Assembly: GCA_963717505.1 (NCBI GenBank)
Contig: OY970342.1
Span: 2,592,001-2,656,000, forward strand
Source: Candidatus Eiseniibacteriota bacterium
Lineage (GTDB): Bacteria; Eisenbacteria; RBG-16-71-46
Direction: 5' to 3'
DNA length: 64,000 bases
Under the pieces are notes generated by a model. It did not search any database, was not told the origin of the DNA, and saw only the letters and a list, made by a program, of their open reading frames with translations. The position numbers were made by a program, and so were the translations under genes. This document shows, one piece after another, positions 36,049-45,445 of this stretch. Within the stretch, counting starts at the first letter, position 1, and each line of letters opens with the position of its first letter.

Positions 36049-37869
36049 CTAGTTCTCCCGATTCAAGAGCACCATCTGCCACACCCAAACGTCTCCGGTA
36101 GCTCCGGCCGGTAGCTTGCCAAGCACATCCGCCAGTCGTCCGGGGGGTGACGATTCAGTGCTCAGGGCTTCCATCATGCCGCCGATCCCGCGCAGGGACG
36201 CCATGGCCTCGGGGCTCACCGAGTGGTAGCTGATGGGGGCGTCGACCTGTGTCTTGGGGAACGACTCGATTTCGTCCTCGAGTTCGACCAGCGGTTTACG
36301 CGAGGCCAGCACGATCACGGTCTCGGAGCCACCCACACTGGTCACCTGCCAGTTCACAGCCCGGTCCCGGTAGTGGCCGGGCAGGCGGTGAACCACCCCC
36401 GGAGGGAGCGGGTTCACCGGGGTGAGGTCAGGGGCGGGGTAGAGCACGAACACTTGGCCCTGCTGGTCTTCGCTGAGGATGTAGGCATGTATGCGCTCGG
36501 GGCACTGGAGCTCGAGGTAGAGGCCGTCGCCGGGAGCGACGGGATCGCTCTGGCCCAATAGGGTCGCCGTCCCCGCGCGCACACGGTGCAACGTGGCCGT
36601 GGCCACGATGGGTGCCGTCGGCGAACCGGCGGGAACACGTTCGGAGTCTTCGATCCGCCGGCTCGCATCCTCCGCGTCGCGCGCGGTACCGGGAGCAACG
36701 GGTTGGCTCGGGCTCACAGACATCCCGCCATCGCTGAGGGTCGTCGGATGCCATGGGTTCATGCGAACCCCGACGACCGCCAGAGCGATGAGCACAATGG
36801 CGGTCAACGCCAGTAGCAGCGCGTTGGGGCGTGACGACGGGGGGCTGATCGCCTGGACCAGGGCCCGCTCGAGGGCTCCCGCACTCGAGTTGCGGCGATC
36901 CGGGTCTGGATCCATGGCCTGCTCGATCACGCGGACCAGCCCCGTTGGCAGCTCCGGGCGCGCGTCGCGGAGTAGGACCTCCGGGCCGCGTTCAACCTTG
37001 CTCAAGAGGTCGGCCGCCGGGGTGGTCGTATGCGGGTATCGCCCCGTAAGCAACCGATAGAGCAAGACGCCGAGGCTATACAGGTCCGATCGGGTATCGC
37101 CGCGATCGCCGCGCAAGCGCTCCGGCGGCATGGCCGCCAAGGTTCCAAATGCCGCGAGTGGCTCGGGACCCTGCGCCTCGCTGCTGGCGCCAAAATCCAT
37201 CAGGACGATACGGCCGCCGTTCTCACGCATCACGTTGTTGGTCGTCACGTCGCCGTGGACGATGCCCGCGGCATGCAGGGCGGCCAGCGCGCGGCACAGA
37301 TCGACGCCGATGCCTGCCGCTTCATTGGCGCTCAGGGGGCCGCGTTCCCCGAGCATCTGCTCCAGAGTCTGCCCGGCAATTCGATCGCTCCAGATACCGA
37401 TTCGGCCCTCGAAACGCCCCACGCCATGAACGATCACAACATTGGGGTGCCGCACTCGCGCCAGCCGTTGGGCTTCGTCGAGGAAGCGATCCTCGGCGAA
37501 GAGGGGCAGACGGCGGTCTCGCCGAAGCACTTTGAGGGCGACCTCGCGTTTGAGACCGGTGTCGAACGCTACGTACACGTCGGCGTAACTTCCCTGGCCG
37601 AGAACCCCGCGGATCTGCAGCGGCCCCCAGGCTCCGCTCGGGAATGCCGCGAGGATCTCCGGCGGGAGGGGCCCGATCTCGCCCCCGGCTGCCGGATTCG
37701 GCCCAACCTCCTGAACGCGATAGGCAGCGGCGATCTGCTCCACGACCCGCAGCTCTTCCACCACTTCCGCGGGTTCTGTCCGCGCCCGCTCGGACTGCCA
37801 ATCCACGGGCGTGCCGTCGGCCACCGCCCCACACAGCTCATCGAGGTGATCCTCATTGCGCTCGTTCAC
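36049..37869 (-). CDS. Membrane Ser/Thr protein kinase with C-terminal DUF4384-like ectodomain
   Basis: LGQGSYADVY, VALKVL, HPNVV, HGDVTTNN, LMDFG, SDLYSLGV, TM ALLLALTAIVLIALAVVGV, then GDGLYLEL...HAYIL...VLYP...LPG...GSETVIVLAS. Confidence 0.9.
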   Translation of the reverse strand: MNERNEDHLDELCGAVADGTPVDWQSERARTEPAEVVEELRVVEQIAAAYRVQEVGPNPAAGGEIGPLPPEILAAFPSGAWGPLQIRGVLGQGSYADVYVAFDTGLKREVALKVLRRDRRLPLFAEDRFLDEAQRLARVRHPNVVIVHGVGRFEGRIGIWSDRIAGQTLEQMLGERGPLSANEAAGIGVDLCRALAALHAAGIVHGDVTTNNVMRENGGRIVLMDFGASSEAQGPEPLAAFGTLAAMPPERLRGDRGDTRSDLYSLGVLLYRLLTGRYPHTTTPAADLLSKVERGPEVLLRDARPELPTGLVRVIEQAMDPDPDRRNSSAGALERALVQAISPPSSRPNALLLALTAIVLIALAVVGVRMNPWHPTTLSDGGMSVSPSQPVAPGTARDAEDASRRIEDSERVPAGSPTAPIVATATLHRVRAGTATLLGQSDPVAPGDGLYLELQCPERIHAYILSEDQQGQVFVLYPAPDLTPVNPLPPGVVHRLPGHYRDRAVNWQVTSVGGSETVIVLASRKPLVELEDEIESFPKTQVDAPISYHSVSPEAMASLRGIGGMMEALSTESSPPGRLADVLGKLPAGATGDVWVWQMVLLNREN

Positions 37870-38446
37870 GCTTCATCTCCTCGGCGAGTTTCTTGAGGGA
37901 TCGCTTGATGAGCTGGCGCGCCGCCTCGGGTGAGATCATGTTCGTGGCGCGGGCGATGTCGTCATAGGTGAGGCCGTACTCGATGCGCAAGACGATTGCT
38001 TCTTGGGCATGTCGGGGCAGACCCGCCAGGGCGCTTTCGTAGCGCTCCAGTGCCTCATGACCGATCGCATCCTCCAGCGGCGAGGGTTGCGGATCGGAGA
38101 GATTGTCATTCAACGCCTCCTGCGCCGGGCGGCGCGAGTGCTTGCGGGCTTGGTCTCGAACCTCGTTGAGCAAGATCTGGCGCAGGTACGCGAGAAAGGA
38201 ACCATCGCCTCGGTAATCAAAGGTCGCTATGTGCTCAAACGCCTTCTTGAGGGTGACCTGGACGAGATCATCGGTGTCGCCGATGCCTCGGGCACATCTG
38301 GGCAGTCGGCCATGAGCCAGACGCCGCAAGATCGGAAGGAATCGGGCGAAAAGGCGGTCGCGGGCGCGCGGGTCGCCTGAGCGAAACAGTGTCAAGAGAT
38401 CGGCGGTGGATTCATCCGGGAGCGGCTCGCCCCGTAACTCGGCCAT
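37853..38446 (-). CDS. ECF sigma factor
   Basis: ARDRLFARFLPILRRLA, DTDDLVQ, FLAYLRQILLNEVRD, region 4 AIVLRIEYGLTYDDIA...EAARQLIKRSL. Start could be 38488 or 38494. Confidence 0.92.
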   Translation of the reverse strand: MAELRGEPLPDESTADLLTLFRSGDPRARDRLFARFLPILRRLAHGRLPRCARGIGDTDDLVQVTLKKAFEHIATFDYRGDGSFLAYLRQILLNEVRDQARKHSRRPAQEALNDNLSDPQPSPLEDAIGHEALERYESALAGLPRHAQEAIVLRIEYGLTYDDIARATNMISPEAARQLIKRSLKKLAEEMKRERAQ

Positions 38447-38534
38447 GGGGTCCTCGTTTGCCAGACTCGACGTGTTGCTAGCGGACATTCCCAAACAGAT
38501 CGTCGTTCCGGCGAGTGTTACGATTCAGAGCAAC

Positions 38535-41500
38535 TCACTCCCATCTTCCGGCACCGACGAATGCAGCCCAGTAGAACGGGTGAGTGCTTTCGCCCTGCCG
38601 GCGATGCTCTTTGAGCAAGCTCCGGCTCGCCTGCTGTATGGCGGCGGCCGTTCCCTTGTGCTGCTCAATTCTGGCCTCGTAGAGCGACTTCATCCATGCT
38701 CTCGTCGCCTCGTCTTCCACCGACCACAAGCTCATGATCACGGTTTTCGCTCCGGCCACCCGGAACGCACGGCGAAGGCCGAACACGCCCTCGCCGGCCC
38801 TGACGACCCCCACCCCGGTTTCGCAAGCCGACAGCACCGCCCACTCCGTTCCGGACAGGTCGAGCGTCGCGATCTCCTCGGCAGTGAGGATCCCGTCTTC
38901 ATTGTGATCTTCTGTCCGGCCATGCTGATTCGCCCCGGCGAGCACAAGGCCAGAGAGCTGCAGCGGATTCTCGCCCATCTGCGCCGATGGCTTAGGCTCG
39001 GTCGAGTCGCCTCCCGATACAAGCCCTCCAATTCCCCGAGGTGTGCGATCGAACGCAGACGGGCACTCGGAGCCCAGGAAGAAGCCGTGAGTTGCCAAGT
39101 GTAGAACACGTTGGTGGGGTGCACCGGACTTGAACGCCGGCTCGCTCGCTTGAGCGCCCACAAGTTCACGGCCGCTGCCACCGCTCTTCCTCCAAAGTCC
39201 CGCAACTTCTTGGACTTCACGGGCGGTCCCAGGAAGCCTTGGCCAGTGTGACTCGGTGAACGCCCTGCAACCCGAGCGACTTCCTCGATAGCTGGCCCCG
39301 CCAGCTGGATCATCACGAGACGTCTCGGCGACGGCTGTCGCCGGTACGGTCGTCTCAACCACATCGTAGTCGGGGTCGCCAACCACCAGGAGGCCGTTCT
39401 GGTTCAAGATGCTCGGGCCGCGAATCACATCGCGCTCGGCGCCCAAATAGTGGAGGACCGGGTCCTGTTCCAGCAGATAGCGGGTATCCGAGGTCGGTAG
39501 GGCGGCAAAGCCGACGAGGTTCAGGGCTCCGTCGGGAACCAACAACGCCAACTTCGCCGCGACGAACGGCGCGATCGGATCCCAGACCTTGCGCTTCAAG
39601 GACCCGGCCACCGAGCGATAGCGGGATTCGGCATGTGCCCGGGGATCAGGCGAGGGCGGTTTCCCAGCCTGGCTGCGCCATTCGGAGACCAGCGAGTCGA
39701 TGGTGGCTGCATCACCCAAGCGGACCAGAATCCCATGCCCGGTCCCGCCGCGAAGTACGAACGCCAGGTAGCGAGGCTCGGCCTCGGCATTGGGTAGGCG
39801 CGGCTGTTGATGAAGGTAGCGAGCATACGCGACGAGAACGCTGCCTTTGGGCAGCGCTGCTCGCACTTCGCTGAGCCCCGCGTGTTCTACGGCCCGCGCC
39901 TCGCGAAAAGATGCGCTGCTGGCGGCCATGCGTTCTTCGGCCACTTCGCACTCGGCACTCGCACTACGCAGGGTCGCTCGATAGCGTTCGGGATTCTCGC
40001 CCCCGATGCCCCGCACCATCAGATTTGCGACCCGCTGGCGCGAGGAAGCCCAAGTGGCTGCCAACGACACCAAAGCAGTGTCGCCGGCCTCGACAACCAC
40101 ACGGTGACGAGCCGCCATCTCGTCCAGCACCGCCGCTCGAGAGCGGATTACGGCTTCCCAAGCACGATCGTTGGCCGACGGATCCGACGAACCAAACTCG
40201 GAAGCCAGCGTCAGGATGAGGTCCAATCCCGCATCCCGGGCGCAATAGTTGAGAGCCTGGCGCTCAGGCAAACTGCGGCTCGCCAGATGCAGGTGCTGGT
40301 TGATAATTCGATTTCCCTCGAGCGCCGTGTCGAACGCCGCTGCCGACTGCCCAAGGGCCGCGAGTGCGAATGCCAAGCTAATCAAACTCTTCCCGACGTC
40401 GGGATGGTCTAGCCCAAGAGCCTTCCTACGTATCGCGGCCGATCGTTCAAACAGCGTCTCGGCCGAATCCGCGCTCCCAGTTCTCCATTGCACCGTGCCG
40501 ACGTTGTCGAGGTAGGGCGGCAGCAGGGCGTGATCCGGGCCGAAGGCCGTTTCGGCGATGGCCAGGGCACGATCGTAGAGCGCTCGGACTGCAACAAAGT
40601 CTCCGGTCCTCTCCAGGAGATAGCCAAGGCTGGTGGCGCACTCGGCAACGTCCGGGTGATTGGCCCCCAGCACGCGATCGCGAATCGCCAGGGCGCGCTC
40701 CAGATCGGAACGGGCGCCTGAAAACTCGCCGAGAGAACCCAGCAAGTTACCGCGGTTGTTGAGCGAGGATGCCAGCTGTGGATGGTCCGAGCCGAGCGTC
40801 GCTTCCTCGATGACAATGGCGCGGTCGTAGAGAGGTCGGGCCTCCTCCAGATCACCCATCTCCTGAAGCTGCAACGCCAGGTTGTGAAGGCTCTCCGCCA
40901 CCAAAGGGTGATCCGGTCCCAGCTGTTTTTCGCGGATCGCCAGAGCGCGTCCGCTCAACCTACGGGCTTCAGCGACCTCCCCCATGGAACGGAGCACATT
41001 GGCCAGATTGTTGGACGATGCCCCTTCCCGCGGATGGTCTGGCCCGAGCGCCGTCCGGTGGATCTCGATCGCTCGTTCATAGAGAACCCTCGCTTCAGGG
41101 TATTCCGCCATGTCCTGATGGATCAGTGCCAGATTGTGAAGACTGACACCTACGTCTGCATGATTCGGACCGAGCGAACCTTCTCGGATGGTCAGTGCCC
41201 GCTGATGACACTCTCGGGCCTCGGCAAACTCACCGCGTGCGCGACGTATGTTCCCGAGCACCGACAAGCTCCTGGCGAGGTCTGGGTGGCTGGGTCCTTG
41301 AATCCGTTGCCTGAGAGCGACCCCCTGCTCGGCGGATTCAATCGCGGCTGGCTGGTTGGACTTGCCTTCGCGCATGAGCGCTTCAGCCCGCAGGTCGAGG
41401 AGCCCCGCACGCTGAAGCGAGTCGATTGTCGTTGGTGGCCCAGGTTCGAGGAGTGCGCGAGCTCGGCTCTCGGCGTCCGAGTATTTCCCCAGGTTCATCA

Positions 41501-41660
41501 GCTCGCGGATCTTGGCGATTTCGGTATCGCCATGATTCGTGACCGTTTGTTGCGCTCTTGCGGTGGTGTCAGACGAAACCGAGGCCCAAAGCGGAGGGAT
41601 GCTGGGAAACCCCGCCAAGAGCGCAGGGATCAGGGCGTATCGCGGCCAAACTCGGTTCAT
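38535..41660 (-). CDS. Secreted TPR-repeat CHAT (caspase-like) protease 1
   Basis: Signal peptide, about 8 LGPxHP-type TPRs, catalytic HLATHG and VLSACETG, GEGVFGLRRAF, HPFYWAAF. Confidence 0.93.
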   Translation of the reverse strand: MNRVWPRYALIPALLAGFPSIPPLWASVSSDTTARAQQTVTNHGDTEIAKIRELMNLGKYSDAESRARALLEPGPPTTIDSLQRAGLLDLRAEALMREGKSNQPAAIESAEQGVALRQRIQGPSHPDLARSLSVLGNIRRARGEFAEARECHQRALTIREGSLGPNHADVGVSLHNLALIHQDMAEYPEARVLYERAIEIHRTALGPDHPREGASSNNLANVLRSMGEVAEARRLSGRALAIREKQLGPDHPLVAESLHNLALQLQEMGDLEEARPLYDRAIVIEEATLGSDHPQLASSLNNRGNLLGSLGEFSGARSDLERALAIRDRVLGANHPDVAECATSLGYLLERTGDFVAVRALYDRALAIAETAFGPDHALLPPYLDNVGTVQWRTGSADSAETLFERSAAIRRKALGLDHPDVGKSLISLAFALAALGQSAAAFDTALEGNRIINQHLHLASRSLPERQALNYCARDAGLDLILTLASEFGSSDPSANDRAWEAVIRSRAAVLDEMAARHRVVVEAGDTALVSLAATWASSRQRVANLMVRGIGGENPERYRATLRSASAECEVAEERMAASSASFREARAVEHAGLSEVRAALPKGSVLVAYARYLHQQPRLPNAEAEPRYLAFVLRGGTGHGILVRLGDAATIDSLVSEWRSQAGKPPSPDPRAHAESRYRSVAGSLKRKVWDPIAPFVAAKLALLVPDGALNLVGFAALPTSDTRYLLEQDPVLHYLGAERDVIRGPSILNQNGLLVVGDPDYDVVETTVPATAVAETSRDDPAGGASYRGSRSGCRAFTESHWPRLPGTAREVQEVAGLWRKSGGSGRELVGAQASEPAFKSGAPHQRVLHLATHGFFLGSECPSAFDRTPRGIGGLVSGGDSTEPKPSAQMGENPLQLSGLVLAGANQHGRTEDHNEDGILTAEEIATLDLSGTEWAVLSACETGVGVVRAGEGVFGLRRAFRVAGAKTVIMSLWSVEDEATRAWMKSLYEARIEQHKGTAAAIQQASRSLLKEHRRQGESTHPFYWAAFVGAGRWE

Positions 41661-41788
41661 ACGCTGATGAGCACTCGCGCGTCACTGAAGTCGTGGGGTG
41701 AGGACGCATTAGTCTAGCACTGGAAGGGCCGCGCTCAACCCTCGTGCTCCTTGGCCTCTCGCGAGGCCGAAACAACCCGGGGATTCGC

Positions 41789-44700
41789 CTAGCGCCAGTC
41801 CCCCACGGCTACGAATCCACCCCAGACGAACGGATGTGTGCTGGCGCCGGTGCGGCGCAGATCCTGTAGGACTTTGAGTTGCGCTTGGTTCACGGACTCT
41901 GCCGTGCCCAAACCGCGGACGAGTCGCGCCTCGTAGAGGGCCGTCATCCAGGCCCTCGTGGCTTCGTCGTCGACAGCCCACAGGCTCATGATCGTGGTGC
42001 GGGCGCCGGCGACCCGCAGCGCGCGTCGAAGTCCGACCACGCCTTCCTGCCTGCGAATCGTCCCGAGACCGGTCTCGCATGCCGAGAGAACCGCCCACTC
42101 GACGCTCGAGAGGTCGAGCGCGGCGATCTCGTCGGCCGTGAGGATGCCGTCGTCGTTGTTGAGTGGGGCGTCCTCTCGGTGGTTGGCGCCGGCCATCGCC
42201 AGGCCGGCGAGGAGCAGGGGGCTCTCGTTCGCGGGAGGTGGTTTGAGCACGCTATCGGCCGCGACCATGCCGCCAATTCCCCGATCCCCTGGCGGTTGGT
42301 GCCGGCAGGTGCCGTCGACGAAGAAGCCGTGGGTGGCCAGGTGGAGCACGCGGCAGCCCGGAGCCCGCCGTTTGAATTCGGTCTCGGTTGCACGCGCCCC
42401 GATCAGCACGTAGGCGGGTTCTTCTCGAATCGTATCAGCCCCGGTGGCCGCGTCGGTCCAGCTTTGCGAATGGCTCCGCCACAATCGGCCGATGGACTGG
42501 ACCTCCTGAGATGCGGCCGGCAGGGACGCAAAGCGGATGTCCCTGAACTCGCCGCAACTCGAGCGCGGGCCGCGGTAGACGGGATCGGAATCCGCCGAGG
42601 GCGGCGTTTCTGCATCGGCAACGCGCAGCCCGAGCTCGGCGTCGAAGTCCGGTGCCCCGACCGCGAGCAGCCCTCGGCCCCAGGAAGCAATCGTGACCCC
42701 GAGCGCCAGATCTCGTTCGGCAGAGAGCAGGTGAGGAATCGGGGCGCGCTCGACCAGATACTCCGATTTCCCTACCGGCAGCGTCGCCAGATTGACCAAG
42801 TGGAGCGTGCCATCCGGAACCACGAGAACTCGATCCGCGCCCGCCAATCGCGCTGCGATCGGATCCCAAATCGCCGCCCGCAGCCGCGCAGCTTCCCGAC
42901 GATACTCACGCTCCCGCTCCGGCTCCGAGTGCATTGAAGCGGGACGTTGAACGAGAGCCTGCCAGCCAAGGACCAGCGAATCGACCATGCCCGACCCGCC
43001 GAGGGCAATCAGCTCGGGATGATCCGAATGCGCCCCGAGGACGAATGCCACGTAGCGTGCGGGCAGCGTGTCCCTGGGCGGCAAGCCATAGGCGTACGGT
43101 TCGAGTCGAGCGTACGCGACCAGCGCGGTTCGTGGCGGCAGGGCGGAACCCAGGTCCGCGAATCCGAACCTGCTTCGCTCCTGCACGGTGCGCCACCGCC
43201 CGCTGTGCGCAGCCAGGTCGCGCTCGGCTTGGTCGCGTTCGCGCTGCGCCGCCTGCCAGCGATTCAGGAACTGTGCGGGATCGTCGCCCGGAACCCCGCG
43301 GACCTCCAGGTTCGAGAGCCGCCGGACGGTGGCCTCGAAGCGCTCGAGATGGTTGCGTGCGTCAGCATCGGCCGCGACCGCCAGCATGCCGCGCCGTGCC
43401 GCGAGGACGTCGAGAATGATCGCGCGCGATCGGATCACGGCGTCCCACGCCGCCTCCCGGATCTCGGCATCCGACGACAACGGCCCGCATGCCAGTTGCA
43501 GCAGGAGGTTCAAGCCCTCGCCACGCAGGCTGTTCCAGCTCGTGGCCAACAGGAAGCTCTGGCGCTCCGACATTGCCTGTACGTTCCGCCTCAGATGTTC
43601 ACGGCGAATGGCATCGGCGCGCGCGGCGGTGGCGAATGCCTCCCGAGGCCTACCCATTCTCAAGTGATGGTCGCTCAGCCAGCGACGCGCCATCGCGGTC
43701 TCTGTGTGATCAGGACCGCGAACTCCTTCGAAGACCTGGGCACATTGCTCGAACGTTGCGGTCGCGTCGCGAACGTGCCCCGTCACCTCGTATATCCGTG
43801 CGAGCAAGTACAGTCCCCATCCCAGATCCGAACTCATCGGGCCGCGGAGTTGTCGCCACAGATTGTTGGACTGCAGCACTAGGCGCAGCGCCTCAGCGTG
43901 GTCCCCGCGGTAGTTGCGAACTTCCGCGAGCAGCCCCAAACCTCGGGCCGCCCGGTAGCTGGTGGGCCCCGCGGCGTTGATGAGAATTTCGGCGGCTTCC
44001 TCCATCAGGCGGTAGCGGTTCTCGATCCCTGGAGTCACGGTCGACAATCGCGACAAGGACTCGCCGATGGCTCCTGAACCAGGGGGCAGGCGTCTGCGTC
44101 GGATGTGCAGCGACCGCTGGTAGGCGGCCAGGGCCCGGCCAGCCTCGCCCGAGGCGGCGTAGTGCTGACCCAGCATGTCCAGGCCCAGCGCCAGCAACAG
44201 GTCATCAGCCGGCAGCACCGCCTCCATGATCGAGATCGACTCCTCGAGCATGGCTCGAGCCTCGGCCTCGTTGCCCAAACGGGAGACCAAGTCGCCGAGG
44301 TCGAGCAGGACCTTGGCGACGTCGCGATGGTTCCTTCCGACGACGCTCCTGGCCATCGCAAGATTGCGCTCGAACACCGGCACTGCGCGTTCGAAGTCGC
44401 CAGCCCAGACGTAATTGACGCCCAGCGCGTTCAGCGTTCGCGCGGTGAGGAGGTTCTCGCCCAGCGCGCGTTCGTGAATTGCGAGCGCCCGCTCGATGAG
44501 CTGACGGGCCTCTTCGAACCGGAACTGACTGCGGATCGCGATCGCATAGGCGACCAGCCGTTCGGCGAGAATCGGATGCTCCGGCCCCAACGCCGTCTCG
44601 GTGAGCGCGATCGCCCGCCGATACAGGGAATCGTCGAGACGTCCCTGGGTTGTGCTCATCATTGCCCGTCCGAACATGCTCTCGGCCAGATCGGGATGGC

Positions 44701-45322
44701 CGGGCGCGAGTCCGCGTTCCCGAATGGCTGCTGCCCGCCGAATCAGGGAATCCGCGGCGGCGTCCTGAAAGAGGTCGTATTGCTGAAGTCCCAGCCAGTG
44801 CATTGAGCGGGCGACCTCCAGGTGGTCGTCCCCCAGTGTTCGCCGGCGAATCTCGAGTGATCGGGTGAAGGCCGCGGCCGCTACCGAATCTCGGCGGCGG
44901 TCCCCCAGCAGCCGCTCGGTCCCGGTGCGCACGGCCAGGCCGACCACGAACCAGCTGCTGGCAACGTCCGGATGATCTGGACCCAGCGCGCGTTCGCGAA
45001 TCGCGACCGAACGCTGAGCCGCTTCGAGCGCGCGTGGGTGCCAGAAGCGACCGCCCATGACCATGGCCTCGGCAATCAACTCGAGGGCACGAGCAGCGCG
45101 CAGGGAGTCCGGAGGCGAAGACGACTCTGCCGCGACTGCGATCGACGACGCCAAAGACTCGGCCTTGGCATACTGGCCGCGATCGATCAGCGTGCGGGCG
45201 ACGGTGAACTCAGACGGGGCGGGCGCGCCCCGAGTGGAGCCCGCGACGCCGGCCCGCGGGAGGAACAACGCGGCGAGAAAGAGGAGTACGGCGAAGCGCC
45301 GTCGCGGCCTACAGGGGAGCAT
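41789..45322 (-). CDS. Secreted TPR-repeat CHAT (caspase-like) protease 2
   Basis: Signal peptide, LGPDHP-type TPRs, HLATHG, VLSACETG, HPFVWGGF. Paralog of the adjacent CHAT gene. Confidence 0.93.
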   Translation of the reverse strand: MLPCRPRRRFAVLLFLAALFLPRAGVAGSTRGAPAPSEFTVARTLIDRGQYAKAESLASSIAVAAESSSPPDSLRAARALELIAEAMVMGGRFWHPRALEAAQRSVAIRERALGPDHPDVASSWFVVGLAVRTGTERLLGDRRRDSVAAAAFTRSLEIRRRTLGDDHLEVARSMHWLGLQQYDLFQDAAADSLIRRAAAIRERGLAPGHPDLAESMFGRAMMSTTQGRLDDSLYRRAIALTETALGPEHPILAERLVAYAIAIRSQFRFEEARQLIERALAIHERALGENLLTARTLNALGVNYVWAGDFERAVPVFERNLAMARSVVGRNHRDVAKVLLDLGDLVSRLGNEAEARAMLEESISIMEAVLPADDLLLALGLDMLGQHYAASGEAGRALAAYQRSLHIRRRRLPPGSGAIGESLSRLSTVTPGIENRYRLMEEAAEILINAAGPTSYRAARGLGLLAEVRNYRGDHAEALRLVLQSNNLWRQLRGPMSSDLGWGLYLLARIYEVTGHVRDATATFEQCAQVFEGVRGPDHTETAMARRWLSDHHLRMGRPREAFATAARADAIRREHLRRNVQAMSERQSFLLATSWNSLRGEGLNLLLQLACGPLSSDAEIREAAWDAVIRSRAIILDVLAARRGMLAVAADADARNHLERFEATVRRLSNLEVRGVPGDDPAQFLNRWQAAQRERDQAERDLAAHSGRWRTVQERSRFGFADLGSALPPRTALVAYARLEPYAYGLPPRDTLPARYVAFVLGAHSDHPELIALGGSGMVDSLVLGWQALVQRPASMHSEPEREREYRREAARLRAAIWDPIAARLAGADRVLVVPDGTLHLVNLATLPVGKSEYLVERAPIPHLLSAERDLALGVTIASWGRGLLAVGAPDFDAELGLRVADAETPPSADSDPVYRGPRSSCGEFRDIRFASLPAASQEVQSIGRLWRSHSQSWTDAATGADTIREEPAYVLIGARATETEFKRRAPGCRVLHLATHGFFVDGTCRHQPPGDRGIGGMVAADSVLKPPPANESPLLLAGLAMAGANHREDAPLNNDDGILTADEIAALDLSSVEWAVLSACETGLGTIRRQEGVVGLRRALRVAGARTTIMSLWAVDDEATRAWMTALYEARLVRGLGTAESVNQAQLKVLQDLRRTGASTHPFVWGGFVAVGDWR

Positions 45323-45376
45323 GGACCAAGGCTAGAGGCGCTCGCCGAGCCCTACCAGCAGAAACTTCGCAAGCTC

Positions 45377-45410
45377 GAGCGCCCCGGTTTCTGGTGGAAC
45401 CGGGGCGCTC
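45377..45410. terminator. Hairpin terminator downstream of the 45446-46399 gene
   Basis: GAGCGCCCCGGTT / AACCGGGGCGCTC 13-bp stem. Confidence 0.55.
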
Positions 45411-45445
45411 CAAGGTCCTTGGCTGGCTACGAGTACCTGCTGCGA

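Noticed and set aside
38535-45322. TPR-CHAT genes as part of a type III-E CRISPR (Craspase) or gasdermin defence system
   Set aside because: No Cas7-11, array or gasdermin is in the window, and both proteins have signal peptides and lie with a sigma/kinase pair.
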